Of a stretch of DNA of 64,000 nucleotides, positions 39,912 to 49,913 are shown one piece after another. The DNA lies in contig QHWT01000068.1 in assembly GCA_003222675.1 (NCBI GenBank), positions 7,969-71,968 of the forward strand. The letters are read 5' to 3'. Below the pieces are notes generated by a model. That model had not been told where the DNA came from, ran no database searches, and was given only the letters and a program-made list of their open reading frames with translations. Made by a program: the position numbers and the translations under genes. The stretch comes from Acidobacteriota bacterium (lineage in GTDB: Bacteria > Acidobacteriota > Vicinamibacteria > Vicinamibacterales > 2-12-FULL-66-21). Each line of letters opens with the position of its first letter. The first letter of the stretch is position 1.

Positions 39912-39970
39912 AGCAAAGCGCCTGCGCCGGGTCTGAAGAGGTGGCCTAGCAGCGAAGCCCGGCCTGCAAC

Positions 39971-40156
39971 CTACGAGATAGAATCCGCCGGCGTCTGAGA
40001 ACGGGCGGCGGCCTTCGCGTCGAGCTCCTTCTGGCCGCGCAGAATGCTGCACCAGTCCTTGTGCTCCGCGATGGGCATGCCGCACTCGACGCAGACGCGA
40101 ATCCGCTGGCGCGGGGTTTCAGGCTTCCGGGAAAAGAGCTTCTGCAGAATAGTCAT
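39971..40156 (-). CDS. small hypothetical protein with CxxC-H-C motif
   Basis: RVCVECGMPIAEHKDWC; GGAG upstream of ATG. Confidence 0.6.
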   Translation of the reverse strand: MTILQKLFSRKPETPRQRIRVCVECGMPIAEHKDWCSILRGQKELDAKAAARSQTPADSIS

Positions 40157-40386
40157 CGCGACTCCGTTTCACATTCCTATCCTGAGACGGAAGAACGGGC
40201 CCGGAGGTTTGCAGAAAAATCGGCCGGGGCGACGAAACAGCGAAATGCGGCGGCGAGCTGGATCGATTCTCACACCCTCCACGGTATCAAGCTTCTCATC
40301 CGCACGACCCGACAGCTCGTCGCCGGCCCTATAGGGAGCAATGCCGGTGCCAATCGGAAACCCGCCGAGTCCGATGGGCGTGACTG

Positions 40387-41442
40387 TCAAGCCGTTTGCC
40401 CTCGATACACACTCGTCCAGAGCGGCAACAGATCCGTGAACGTCTGCTCGATCCATCGGACGAGTTTTCCCGGATCGCCCAGTGTCTCTGCGTGCTCGGC
40501 GCGATCCAGGAAGAGCCAGCGGCCGCAGAAAATCCAGCCGAGTTCAGGCGCGTTGCGGCTGTCGATCAGCCATGCGACCGCATCTGCCGGCAACACCTCC
40601 AGCGCCGGTGGTTTGTCTCCATATTGGATGAATCCGCCGTTGGCCGCCATCCAGTCCGTCAGCAGCTGGCGCCACATCGAGGCGACGAGCTGCTGGAAGC
40701 GTTCGAAATACACCATCACCCGCTCCTGCCCCGGCGCACGATCCGAATCCATTCCGTCCTTCGACAGATTGAACCCGATGCCGGCGCGCATGCAGTCGCG
40801 GCCGGCTTTGCTCGCAGCGGACCACGCCAGGTTGATCTGCGGCTCCCATCGGCCGCCGTGATGAAACGCGTAGATGTGACCGGCATCGCCTGGATAGAAG
40901 CTGTTGCGTCGAAAAAGACGGCTGCCCGATCGTCCTGCGCGATTGCGCGCCTCGACCACCTTCGCGGCGAACGGGCGATCATTGATCGTCATCAGCAGTG
41001 ATTCGATGCGCGGGCCGAGCGCATCCGCGGCCCCGCCGGCTGACAGATGCGCCAGCCCCGCGAATTCCGCGCGTCCGAAGCCGCCGGTCGGCACGCGCTC
41101 GGCGGACTCGCGTCGCCGCGACGCCGCCCGCGCGCGGACCGTCGCTTTCGATCGTGGTGAAACGGGTGATCCATAGCCCGGCGATCGACGGCGCGTCACC
41201 TCTCCCTGGAGGTTGCGCGCGATCGTGTTCTGAGGATTGAGCTGCAGCACCCGATCGATAGCCGCCGCCGCTTCGTCCAGCTCTCCGAGCTCCACGCAGC
41301 ACCGGGCCAGGCGCGTCCACGCACCCTGATTTGCTGGCGCGCGCTGCGCCAGCTCCTCGTTCGCGCGTTTCGCGTCCATTCCGAAGTCGCCGCGCTTCGC
41401 AAACTCGATTGCCTGCTGCTCGAGCGATAAGATGTCGGCCAC
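40387..41442 (-). CDS. TPR-repeat protein fused to an uncharacterised C-terminal domain
   Basis: AWTRLARC..ELDEA..IDRVLQLNPQN TPR, basic linker, then YAFHHGGRWEPQINL domain. Confidence 0.7.
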   Translation of the reverse strand: MADILSLEQQAIEFAKRGDFGMDAKRANEELAQRAPANQGAWTRLARCCVELGELDEAAAAIDRVLQLNPQNTIARNLQGEVTRRRSPGYGSPVSPRSKATVRARAASRRRESAERVPTGGFGRAEFAGLAHLSAGGAADALGPRIESLLMTINDRPFAAKVVEARNRAGRSGSRLFRRNSFYPGDAGHIYAFHHGGRWEPQINLAWSAASKAGRDCMRAGIGFNLSKDGMDSDRAPGQERVMVYFERFQQLVASMWRQLLTDWMAANGGFIQYGDKPPALEVLPADAVAWLIDSRNAPELGWIFCGRWLFLDRAEHAETLGDPGKLVRWIEQTFTDLLPLWTSVYRGQTA

Positions 41443-41457
41443 ACCGCATCATTGCAC

Positions 41458-42201
41458 ATGCCGCACTTGAGCGCTCTCCAGTGGATTCTCGCTGCAATCG
41501 GCGGCTCGTCCCTTGGCCTTGCGAAAGCTGGCCTCGCGGGCATGGGACTGGTCTACGTCGTCATTTTCGCGTTCCTGTTCGGGGCGAAGAGCTCGACGGG
41601 CGTGGCACTGCCGATGCTGGTTGTGGGCGACGCGCTGGCCGTCACCGCCTATCACCGTCATGCGAACTGGAAGTATGTCCGGCGGATGCTGCCACCGGCA
41701 TGCGTGGGTGTCATGCTCGGCGCGGCGACGATGCGCTCGATCAGCAACGAGGCGTTCAAGCCGACGATCGGCTGGATCATCCTCGTCCTCTCGGCGCTGC
41801 AGGTTGCGCGCATGCGATGGCCCGACTGGCTCGGCGCGGTGCCGCACGCGTGGTGGTTCGTGTGGGCCATCGGCCTCCTTGCCGGCTTCACGACGATGCT
41901 GGCGAATGCGGCGGGGCCGATCATCCTGATCTACTGCCTCGCGATATCGTTGCCGAAGTTCGAGATGGTCGGCACCAGCGCGTGGTTCTTCGCGATCGTC
42001 AACGCCTTTAAAGTCCCGTTCAGCATCGCGCTGGGCCTCATCGGATCAACGACGCTGCTCGTGAACGTGATGCTGATCCCGTTCGTCCTCGCGGGCGTCC
42101 TCAGCGGCCGGTGGCTCGTGTACCGGATTCCACAGCGCGCGTTCGAAGTCATCTCGCTCGCCTTCGCCGCCGTCGCCGCCCTGCGGCTGATTGGACTATG
42201 A
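41458..42201 (+). CDS. TauE/SafE sulfite exporter family membrane protein
   Basis: GLAKAGLAG, STGVALPMLVVGD, GFTTMLANAAGP, FFAIVNAFKVP. Confidence 0.88.
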   Translation: MPHLSALQWILAAIGGSSLGLAKAGLAGMGLVYVVIFAFLFGAKSSTGVALPMLVVGDALAVTAYHRHANWKYVRRMLPPACVGVMLGAATMRSISNEAFKPTIGWIILVLSALQVARMRWPDWLGAVPHAWWFVWAIGLLAGFTTMLANAAGPIILIYCLAISLPKFEMVGTSAWFFAIVNAFKVPFSIALGLIGSTTLLVNVMLIPFVLAGVLSGRWLVYRIPQRAFEVISLAFAAVAALRLIGL

Positions 42202-42260
42202 ATGGCTCACACGGCTGAGAGCTGATGGCTGCTGGCTGATAGCTGATGGCTGATCCATTC

Positions 42261-45200
42261 TCAGCTCAGTAGCACCTCCAGGTCCTCCCTCTTCAACTCG
42301 CGCAGCAAGCCGGCGTCCGCGTGCAGGATCGCGTCGGCGAGATCGCGCTTGGTGGCCTGGAGCTCGGCGATCTTTTCCTCGACGGTGTTTACCGCGATGA
42401 GTCGATACGCGAACACATGGCGCGTCTGGCCGATCCGATGCGCGCGATCGATGGCCTGCGCCTCCACGGCGGGGTTCCACCATGGATCCAGCAGGAAGAC
42501 GTACTCGGCCGCGGTGAGATTGAGGCCGAGGCCTCCCGCCTTCAGGCTGATGAGGAACAGCCGGCAGTCGGGATCGGTCTGAAACCGGTGAACGCGCGCC
42601 TCGCGATCGCGCGTCTGGCCGTCGAGATATTCGTACGGCGCGCCATCTTCGTCGAGCCGCGTGCGCAAGAGCGCGAGCAGACTGGTGAACTGCGAGAAGA
42701 CCAGGCACTTGTGCCCCTCGTCACGAACCTCGCCGAGCAGCGGCAGCAGCGCCTCGAACTTCGCCGACGGCGCACCGGCGCGGCGCGGGTCCACGAGCGC
42801 GGTGTGACACGCCGCCTGCCGCAGCCGCAGCAGCGCCTCGAGGATGTGCATCCTGGATTTGGCCAGGCCGTCGCGTTCGATCCGGTGCAGCAGCGTCGCC
42901 CGGTAGTGCGCGCGCAGCTCGTCGTACATCTCGCGCTGCATCCCCTGCAGCTCGCAGTGGAGCGTCAGCTCCGTGCGCGCCGGCAGTTCCGGCGCGACCT
43001 GCGCCTTCGTGCGGCGCAGGATGAACGGCCGCAGGCCCCGCGCGAGCAGCTCCATCGCTGCCGGATCGCGCCTCGAGGCGGCGACGCTGTGTTTCGCGAA
43101 CGTCGAAGAGGTGCCGAGGAGTCCAGGATTGAGGAACTCGAACAGACTCCACAATTCGCCGAGATGGTTCTCGACCGGCGTGCCACTCAAGGCCAGGCGA
43201 TACGACGCTTGCAGCAGCCGCGCGGCCTTGGCGCTCGCGGTCGACGCGTTCTTGATGGCCTGCGCCTCGTCGAGGATGACGTACTCGAACACCGTCTCCT
43301 TCAACCGGATGGCGTCGCGGCGCATCGCGCCGTATGTCGTGACGACGAGATCGTACTTCTGAAGATCCTCCATCGAGCGTGCCGCGCCGCTGAAGTCGAG
43401 CACGCGCAGCTTCGGCGCGAAGCGCGCCGCCTCTTCCTTCCAGTTGAAGACCACCGATCGCGGGACGACCACGAGCGACGGCGCAATCTTCCTGCGCTCA
43501 CGACGCAGGCGGTCGAGCCATGCCAGCACCATGACGGTCTTACCGAGGCCCATGTCGTCGGCGAGGCAGCCTCCGACGTTGAATCGCCGGAGGAACGCGA
43601 ACCAGCCGAGCGCGTCGCGCTGGTAATCGCGCAGCTGACCGGCAAATGACGGGGCGGCATCGAGCGCGCCGATGCCGCTGAAGGTCGCGAGCTGTTCGCG
43701 CGTGCGGGCGAATCGTTCGTCGACGCGGATCGCCGGCTGCGACGCGAGCGCCGCGTCGAGGAGCGCGACCTGCGACACCTTGAACCGCACGTGATCGCCG
43801 GAGACTTCGCCCATTCCCGCGATCCCGCTCCACCGCCGCAGCCACTCCTCCGGCACGATACCCACTGTGCCATCGTCCAGGGTAATGGTCGCGTCGCCGT
43901 GCGCGCGATCCGCGAGCAGCCGCGGCAGCGGCACGAACTTGCCGTCGCCGAAGTCAACCGAGCCGTGGAGCTCGAACCAGTCGACGCCGGAGCGGATCTC
44001 CGAGCGCATCGACTGCGCCGTGCGGAACGTGCGCCCTTCGGCTTCGACGCGCCAGCCTTCGCGAATCAGCACGCGCATCGCGCTCGAGAACTGGTCCGCG
44101 CCGATCCAGAGGTGCTGGCGCGCGACCATGTAATCCCAATGGCGTGAAAATCCCAGCTGCGACAGTCGTGTGAGCGCCGTCTGCTCGAACGCAGGATCAC
44201 GCCGAATCAACCGGCGTCGATCCGGATCGAATGCAGTGGTCGCGGTGCCTGGCGCGACGCGCAGCCCGCCGTAGTCGAAGGTGACCTCCGCGTCGAGCAT
44301 CGGCATGGGGCCGCGCCGCGCGCCGGGCGTGACGCTGACGCAGGCCTGCGGCGACTCCGACGCGATCTCGAATCGCAGTTCTTCCGGCAGGTCGAGCGGA
44401 TCGATTCCGGAGCGCGCGAGCACATCCACGAGACGGCCGGTCGCGTCGGACGGGATCACCGCCGGGCCAGACCGGCGAAGCTGCGCGAGCCAGGCAAAGG
44501 CGCCGCGTGCATCGAGACGCGCGACCGTTCCGCCGTGGAAGACGTAACCGTCGATCAGCATCCACGGCTCACGGATCGCGAGCCGGTCGTGGCCGCGCAG
44601 GAGCGCCCCGTCGATCGAAAACGATTCGTTCCCCGAGCCGTGGACGATCTCCAGGTGAAACGTCCACGGCGGCCCGGCGTCCCATGCGATCGGGACGATC
44701 TCTTCACCGGGCTGCGGCCGCGCACGAAGCAGCGCCCGTCCTGACTGCGCCACCAGCGGCAACACGCGATCGACGAGCGGTCCCGCGAGCCGGAACGACG
44801 CGCGTCCGTACTGGCTGAGATACGACGTGGTGTACGGATCGGATGCGCCGAGGAGCAGCGGCACGATCTCGCGATCGACCGCGTCGGGCAGTTGTGCGAT
44901 TTCGGAGGGTGAGACGGAGGTCGGCTTCGGCTTCGCCCAGTCGCCGTTCTTCTTCCTCTGCCGTGACTGCACGTCGAGCGCGAGGCCGGTGCCGTTCAAC
45001 GTCGCCGCGCGATCGATCACGTACACAAGCTGCGCCGCCGCGAATCGCGCCGGTGGCCGCGCCGCATCCGCCTCCGTCAGGCTCTGGGAGAACTCATCGA
45101 GAAACCGTTCCCATGCGGGGTGCCTCCGCGCGCCATCCGCGTCCGCATGACGAAATGGCCGGCGACGAAATTCGGGATCCATGACGTCGCCGTTGTCGGA

Positions 45201-45521
45201 CGCTTCCAGCACCGCATCCCGCGGTACGTCGCCCTCGCCGAGGAGCAGCTTTCGCCGCTCGGCCTCAAGCATCGCGGCCCAGATATGCTTGCAGACGACG
45301 AAGCGGTCCTCGAAGTACGGACACTCGCACGAACCAGAGAAGGTTTCAGTCTCGCGGCGGATCGTGACGTGATAGTCGCGCGAGCCGCGGACGGTCGCCT
45401 CGACGGACCAGGCGTCTCCCGCGATGCGCGTGACGGCGCCGTCGAGAAAGTACGCGCGTCCCTTGACGCGGCTTCCTCCCGGCACCGTTGCGGCAAGGAC
45501 CTGGGTGAGCGTGACGCTCAT
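42261..45521 (-). CDS. SWIM zinc finger / SNF2-family helicase
   Basis: CECP..CKH SWIM; LRDYQ, LADDMGLGKT, DEAQ, LSGTPVEN, FSQF, SLKAGGLGLNL, WWNP, DRAHRIGQ. Confidence 0.95.
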   Translation of the reverse strand: MSVTLTQVLAATVPGGSRVKGRAYFLDGAVTRIAGDAWSVEATVRGSRDYHVTIRRETETFSGSCECPYFEDRFVVCKHIWAAMLEAERRKLLLGEGDVPRDAVLEASDNGDVMDPEFRRRPFRHADADGARRHPAWERFLDEFSQSLTEADAARPPARFAAAQLVYVIDRAATLNGTGLALDVQSRQRKKNGDWAKPKPTSVSPSEIAQLPDAVDREIVPLLLGASDPYTTSYLSQYGRASFRLAGPLVDRVLPLVAQSGRALLRARPQPGEEIVPIAWDAGPPWTFHLEIVHGSGNESFSIDGALLRGHDRLAIREPWMLIDGYVFHGGTVARLDARGAFAWLAQLRRSGPAVIPSDATGRLVDVLARSGIDPLDLPEELRFEIASESPQACVSVTPGARRGPMPMLDAEVTFDYGGLRVAPGTATTAFDPDRRRLIRRDPAFEQTALTRLSQLGFSRHWDYMVARQHLWIGADQFSSAMRVLIREGWRVEAEGRTFRTAQSMRSEIRSGVDWFELHGSVDFGDGKFVPLPRLLADRAHGDATITLDDGTVGIVPEEWLRRWSGIAGMGEVSGDHVRFKVSQVALLDAALASQPAIRVDERFARTREQLATFSGIGALDAAPSFAGQLRDYQRDALGWFAFLRRFNVGGCLADDMGLGKTVMVLAWLDRLRRERRKIAPSLVVVPRSVVFNWKEEAARFAPKLRVLDFSGAARSMEDLQKYDLVVTTYGAMRRDAIRLKETVFEYVILDEAQAIKNASTASAKAARLLQASYRLALSGTPVENHLGELWSLFEFLNPGLLGTSSTFAKHSVAASRRDPAAMELLARGLRPFILRRTKAQVAPELPARTELTLHCELQGMQREMYDELRAHYRATLLHRIERDGLAKSRMHILEALLRLRQAACHTALVDPRRAGAPSAKFEALLPLLGEVRDEGHKCLVFSQFTSLLALLRTRLDEDGAPYEYLDGQTRDREARVHRFQTDPDCRLFLISLKAGGLGLNLTAAEYVFLLDPWWNPAVEAQAIDRAHRIGQTRHVFAYRLIAVNTVEEKIAELQATKRDLADAILHADAGLLRELKREDLEVLLS

Positions 45522-45568
45522 TCCTGAACCTTAACATCTCGCCGCTCGTGATAGCATCCGCGCGGCAA

Positions 45569-46900
45569 ATGCCCGTCGCGCCGCCCGTGGCCTCACCCTC
45601 ATCGCGCGCGCTCGGATTCTGGACCGCCGTTGCGCTCGTGATGGGCAACATGATTGGGTCCGGCGTCTTCCTCCTTCCAGCATCGCTCGCCCCGTACGGC
45701 GGCATCAGCCTGATCGGCTGGTGCGTGTCGGCCGCGGGATCGGTGCTGCTCGCGCTGGTCTTCGCGCGGCTCGCGGGGTTCAATCCGGCAGCCGGCGGAC
45801 CGTACGCGTACACACGCCAGGCGTTTGGCGATTTCGCCGGGTTTCTCGTCGCGTGGGGCTACTGGATCTCCGTATGGACCACGGAAGCCGCGCTCGCCGT
45901 CGCGCTGGTCGGCTACCTCGATCCCTTTTTCCCGTCGATGGTGCGCGCGCCCGCGTCGGCCGCGGCGCTCGCGATCGGCCTCGTGTGGCTGCTGACGGGC
46001 CTCAACGTGATCGGCATCCGCATCGCGGGTCGCGTGCAGCTCGTGACAACCGTGCTCAAGATCGTTCCGCTCGTCGTGATCGGCATCGGCGGACTGTTTG
46101 CGATCAACACGTCACACTTTGCGATCGCCGCAACCGGCGCCGATCAATTTGTCAGGACCGTCTCGACGACCGCCACACTGACGCTCTGGGCGTTTCTCGG
46201 GCTGGAGTGCGCGACGATTCCCGCCGACAGCATCGAGGCGCCGCAGCGGACGATTCCGCGCGCCACGGTGACCGGCACCCTGCTGACCGGCGCGATCTAC
46301 ATCATCAGTACTGTCGGCGTCATGGGCGTGCTTGCGCCGTCCGCCCTTGGCGCCTCTACCGCACCGTACTCCGACGCCGCGCGAGTTCTCATGGGGCCCG
46401 CGGAGGCCGCCTTCATCGCGCTCGGCGCCGCCATCTCCTGTTTCGGCGCGCTGAACGGCTGGATACTCGTTGTGGGCCAGCTGCCGCTTGCCGTCGCGCA
46501 GGACGGACTTTTCCCGCGCGTGTTCGGCAGGCTCTCGAGCCGCGGCACGCCGGCGCTCGGCATGGTGATCGCCGCGGTCCTGGCGAGCGGCCTGATCGCG
46601 ATGAACTTCACGCGCTCTCTGGTGCAGCTCTTTACGTACATCATCCTGCTCGCGACGCTCAGCACGCTCATCCCGTACGCGTTCTGCTCGCTCGCAGGGT
46701 TCATGCTTGCCGGCCAGTCGCACACGATGCGCATGACCCGCGCGACCGTTGGCATCGCGATCCTCGCATTCGCGTACTCCGTCTACGCCATTGCCGGCGC
46801 CGGAGCGGACGTCGTGTATTCCGGGTTCATCCTGTTGATTTGCGGCCTCCCCGTCTACGTGTGGGTCGCGGGCGAGAGGCCGTGGAGACCTTCTCACTGA
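45569..46900 (+). CDS. APC-family amino acid permease
   Basis: GNMIGSGVFLLP, GGPYAY, WAFLGLEC, about 12 TM helices; start 45548 or 45569. Confidence 0.9.
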   Translation: MPVAPPVASPSSRALGFWTAVALVMGNMIGSGVFLLPASLAPYGGISLIGWCVSAAGSVLLALVFARLAGFNPAAGGPYAYTRQAFGDFAGFLVAWGYWISVWTTEAALAVALVGYLDPFFPSMVRAPASAAALAIGLVWLLTGLNVIGIRIAGRVQLVTTVLKIVPLVVIGIGGLFAINTSHFAIAATGADQFVRTVSTTATLTLWAFLGLECATIPADSIEAPQRTIPRATVTGTLLTGAIYIISTVGVMGVLAPSALGASTAPYSDAARVLMGPAEAAFIALGAAISCFGALNGWILVVGQLPLAVAQDGLFPRVFGRLSSRGTPALGMVIAAVLASGLIAMNFTRSLVQLFTYIILLATLSTLIPYAFCSLAGFMLAGQSHTMRMTRATVGIAILAFAYSVYAIAGAGADVVYSGFILLICGLPVYVWVAGERPWRPSH

Positions 46901-47008
46901 GAGGCCAGGGACAGTCTCATCGGAGAGGACCGGAGAGGACTTTTTGGAAGTAATTCCTCCGTGGCCTCTGAGTAAAGTCCTCGGTAGTGTCTGAATCGTG
47001 CGTTGGTC

Positions 47009-47845
47009 CTACTCGGCAGGCGGAAGGCGTTTCCGTTTTCCGGCGGGCTTGTCCAGTTTCGTGAATTCCTTCGCAGTCTGCTTGAGATTTTTACGTACGT
47101 CTTTGATGTCGCTGGTGAGGGGGATGCGCTCGGGTGGGGTGCAATCGCTGTCGATCATGATCTTCCGCACTTGCTTCCCAACCTGGAACGCGACGGTTTC
47201 GGCCGGAGCCTGACCGTAGACCTGATCTGATCGGAGTCGGGCCTCAGTTTCAGTGAAGCGGAACAAATTGCCAGCCAGCTCCCGCTTGTCCATGAAGTCC
47301 AGCAGTGTTCGCCCCTCTGGAACGCCCTTCGCCGCCTTCAGCCTACCCAGATGCATGTTGTACATGCCGCGATAACCGGCGTTGTGAAACAGGGCAAAAT
47401 CACCGACGCCAGCCTTCTTCGCCGTGCTCATGAGGCTTTTGTCGCGCTCTGAGATCTCATCGCGAATCTGCACGCGCTCGACATCATGGGAAGCTTGCAT
47501 GTACTGCCGCGCGGCTTCCGCCAACGTCGCGAAGTACGCTTGAGCGGCAGCAACGGCAGGCTTCCGCACGTCGCCGTTCATGGCAATCAGATAGCAAGCA
47601 AATCGCGATAACCTGTAGTCGCGGACCCCTTCAACGTCCACCTGTTGGAAATTCTCGACGACAGGAATGCTGAGCGTCGTGCATGTACCGATGGCACGAT
47701 TGATGGCCTGCTCGAATGCGGCGTAGCTCTCGTATCCTAACATCGCCATGAACTCGCTGGCGTACCAATAGGTGCCGCCGTTGGGTTGACCACGGCCCTC
47801 GAATGCGGTGCCGTCAGGCTCGAAAAGCGCGATACTGTCGGCCAT
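47009..47845 (-). CDS. DinD-like / Bro-N family protein (transposon cargo)
   Basis: YWYASEFM.MLGY..F..AINRA, DYRLSRFACYLIAMNGD.RK..VAAAQAYFA, FHNAGYRGMY, ELAGNLFR.T.TE. Confidence 0.8.
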   Translation of the reverse strand: MADSIALFEPDGTAFEGRGQPNGGTYWYASEFMAMLGYESYAAFEQAINRAIGTCTTLSIPVVENFQQVDVEGVRDYRLSRFACYLIAMNGDVRKPAVAAAQAYFATLAEAARQYMQASHDVERVQIRDEISERDKSLMSTAKKAGVGDFALFHNAGYRGMYNMHLGRLKAAKGVPEGRTLLDFMDKRELAGNLFRFTETEARLRSDQVYGQAPAETVAFQVGKQVRKIMIDSDCTPPERIPLTSDIKDVRKNLKQTAKEFTKLDKPAGKRKRLPPAE

Positions 47846-47942
47846 CGTTTTCACCCTTCGCCTTGCTGGCGCGGAGATGGTTGAGAGGGACACAGTTTAC
47901 CAAACCAGCGAGGCGCCGTGGCGGCGAAACGGCGATCTGGCC

Positions 47943-48926
47943 TCACGCGGACCCGAGCAATTCGCGCAGGGTCCAGATATGATCCGTGACCCCGCATTCC
48001 ATTCCCGGTGTCACCCGCAGCGACCGATGTACCCGACAGAAGTTGTAGTACGCGAAGTGTAGCGCCAAGGCAGCATGGAGATGCTCCCACTTCTTGCTGT
48101 ACGCGTAGGTCAGCCGCGTCAGCCGCTTGCACCACTGGCGCAGCGAGCCGTTCTTCCGTTCAACATGCGACGTGCTGGCCCGGTCAAGGTCGGGCATTCC
48201 CGTCACCGCATCCTTCGCAACCGAGACGAACCGCGCCGGACTGTAGCGCTCGCGTCCGTGCTCAACGTGGTGCGAGAACAGCTTCACTATCTGGCTGTGG
48301 TTCGCACGGTCGAAGAGCCCGCCGTCAATCGCGCGCTCGTACGGCGCGAACGCGTCCGTGCTCACGTCAAACAGACGATCCGCGCTCGTCGCGTGGCGCA
48401 CCTTGGCAATGAACTGCTCCGTGTTCTCAAGATTCCGCTTGCCGAGGTGCCACGCCATCACCATCTTGGTTCGTTCTTCCAACGCGATGAACGTGTACTG
48501 ATCGCCGCGCAGGTGCGACTGTTCGTCGTCGTAATTAACGAAACGCTGATGGCAACCGACGTAGCTCCAAACCTCATCGAGTTCCAGGTGCGCCACTGGC
48601 ACGTTCGTAATGCGCGCCGTCATCAACCGTTCGCAGCGCTCGCCCGCCAGCACTAGCAACCGCATGATCGTGTTCCGGTCGATTCCACAGATGCGCTCGG
48701 TGCTTCGGATCGAATTGCCTTCGACCAACAATTGAAGCGCGAGCAAGCCCTTCTGCTCGTCTACCGTCATTGCGCCGAACAGACGCCGGTGCGCTTCGGT
48801 GCGGGTCTTGCCGCAGGCCGAGCACCGGAACCGGCGCAGCCCGTTACGCTGTTTACCGTAACGGACGGACGGGCCACCACATGAGTGGCAACCGGGCAAC
48901 CGCGTATGAGGCTGTTGGGCAATCAT
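47943..48926 (-). CDS. IS1-family transposase, single ORF
   Basis: CxxC..GK..G.RRFRCxxC zinc ribbon, EGNSIRSTER HTH, ELDEVWSYVG, STD, STSHVERKN DDE core. Confidence 0.9.
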   Translation of the reverse strand: MIAQQPHTRLPGCHSCGGPSVRYGKQRNGLRRFRCSACGKTRTEAHRRLFGAMTVDEQKGLLALQLLVEGNSIRSTERICGIDRNTIMRLLVLAGERCERLMTARITNVPVAHLELDEVWSYVGCHQRFVNYDDEQSHLRGDQYTFIALEERTKMVMAWHLGKRNLENTEQFIAKVRHATSADRLFDVSTDAFAPYERAIDGGLFDRANHSQIVKLFSHHVEHGRERYSPARFVSVAKDAVTGMPDLDRASTSHVERKNGSLRQWCKRLTRLTYAYSKKWEHLHAALALHFAYYNFCRVHRSLRVTPGMECGVTDHIWTLRELLGSA

Positions 48927-48934
48927 GATGAGAC

Positions 48935-48963
48935 ATTATGAGCCTAGGCGCCTAAGCTGGCAA
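48935..48963 (-). promoter_or_regulatory. sigma70 promoter of the transposase with a palindromic site as its spacer
   Basis: TTGCCA-GCTTAGGCGCCTAGGCT(17 nt)-CATAAT, ending 8 nt before the ATG (near-leaderless). Confidence 0.7.
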
Positions 48964-49050
48964 GTCTAATCGGGCACTATGCCCAAAAATTTCATGCGGA
49001 TTGTTGCGTCGTGTCCCGTCCGTGCTAATATGCCAGAGTCAGGAGGCATT

Positions 49051-49863
49051 ATGGCCAGTCACGAAGCTGTAGACGTTGAAGGCGCGGAAGGTGTCGAGGG
49101 TGTCGAGGAGCCGGGCCGGTCCACCATTCGGTTCCCGTACGCGGATCAGGATGCTGCGATCCGTGTCGCTAGGGGAGTCCACCACTTCGGAACGAGTTGT
49201 ACCCTAGCCCAACTTGCGGCACAGCTCGGCGGTATGACGGTGAACGGCGGCGGGTTCAGGCAAATGGTATCGGCTGCGCAAATCTTTGGCTTGATCACGC
49301 TTGCTCGGCAGACCGTGACGCTGACCGTCCTCGGCCAGCGAATCAACGACCCCGACCAGGAGAAGGCGGCGCGAGCCGAGTCCTTCCTGGCGGTGCCGCT
49401 TTACCGTGAGGTGTTCGACCGCTTCGCGGAGGCCGGAGGTAAGCTGCCGCCGCAGGCTGGGCTGGAAGCCGAGATGGTCAGGCTTGGGGTCTTGCCCAAG
49501 ATTGTAGACCGTGCCCGACAAGTCTTCCAGCGGTCAGCGCAACTGGCCGGATTCCTCGCGTTCGGCCCGGACAAGCTCGTGATGCCCGCGACTGGCGGGG
49601 GCACTCCCAGGGTTGACCCAGCGGGAGGCAAGAAGGACGAACAGCGCCATCGCAACGGTGGCAGCGGAGGCGATGGTGGCGATCTAGATCCTGTTCTTCA
49701 TGCGCTGCTGCGGAAACTGCCTGACACCAAGCAGCCGTGGCCCACAGAACGACGCGCCAAGTGGCTCCGGATGGCCGCCAACGCGCTGGACATGATGTAT
49801 CCGGACGATGACAGCGGGAACGAACTCACAATCGCTGTGAGTCCGAAGAAAGCGTCTGCTTAA
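49051..49863 (+). CDS. hypothetical protein, probable winged-helix DNA-binding (transposon cargo)
   Basis: AGGAGG RBS then ATG 49051; FPY..AI..A, LAAQLG..GGFR..SAAQIFGLI..LT.LG; Gly-rich linker; C-terminal LLRKLP..W..R.KWL. Confidence 0.7.
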   Translation: MASHEAVDVEGAEGVEGVEEPGRSTIRFPYADQDAAIRVARGVHHFGTSCTLAQLAAQLGGMTVNGGGFRQMVSAAQIFGLITLARQTVTLTVLGQRINDPDQEKAARAESFLAVPLYREVFDRFAEAGGKLPPQAGLEAEMVRLGVLPKIVDRARQVFQRSAQLAGFLAFGPDKLVMPATGGGTPRVDPAGGKKDEQRHRNGGSGGDGGDLDPVLHALLRKLPDTKQPWPTERRAKWLRMAANALDMMYPDDDSGNELTIAVSPKKASA

Positions 49864-49913
49864 TGAGAAACGCCCGCAAGCAGAACGGGCGTTTCAGAGA
49901 GGAGGTGCCCGAT

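Noticed and set aside
42261-45521. SNF2 helicase as part of a defence system
   Set aside because: Stand-alone SWIM-SNF2 between two transporters, outside the transposon, with no methylase or nuclease partner
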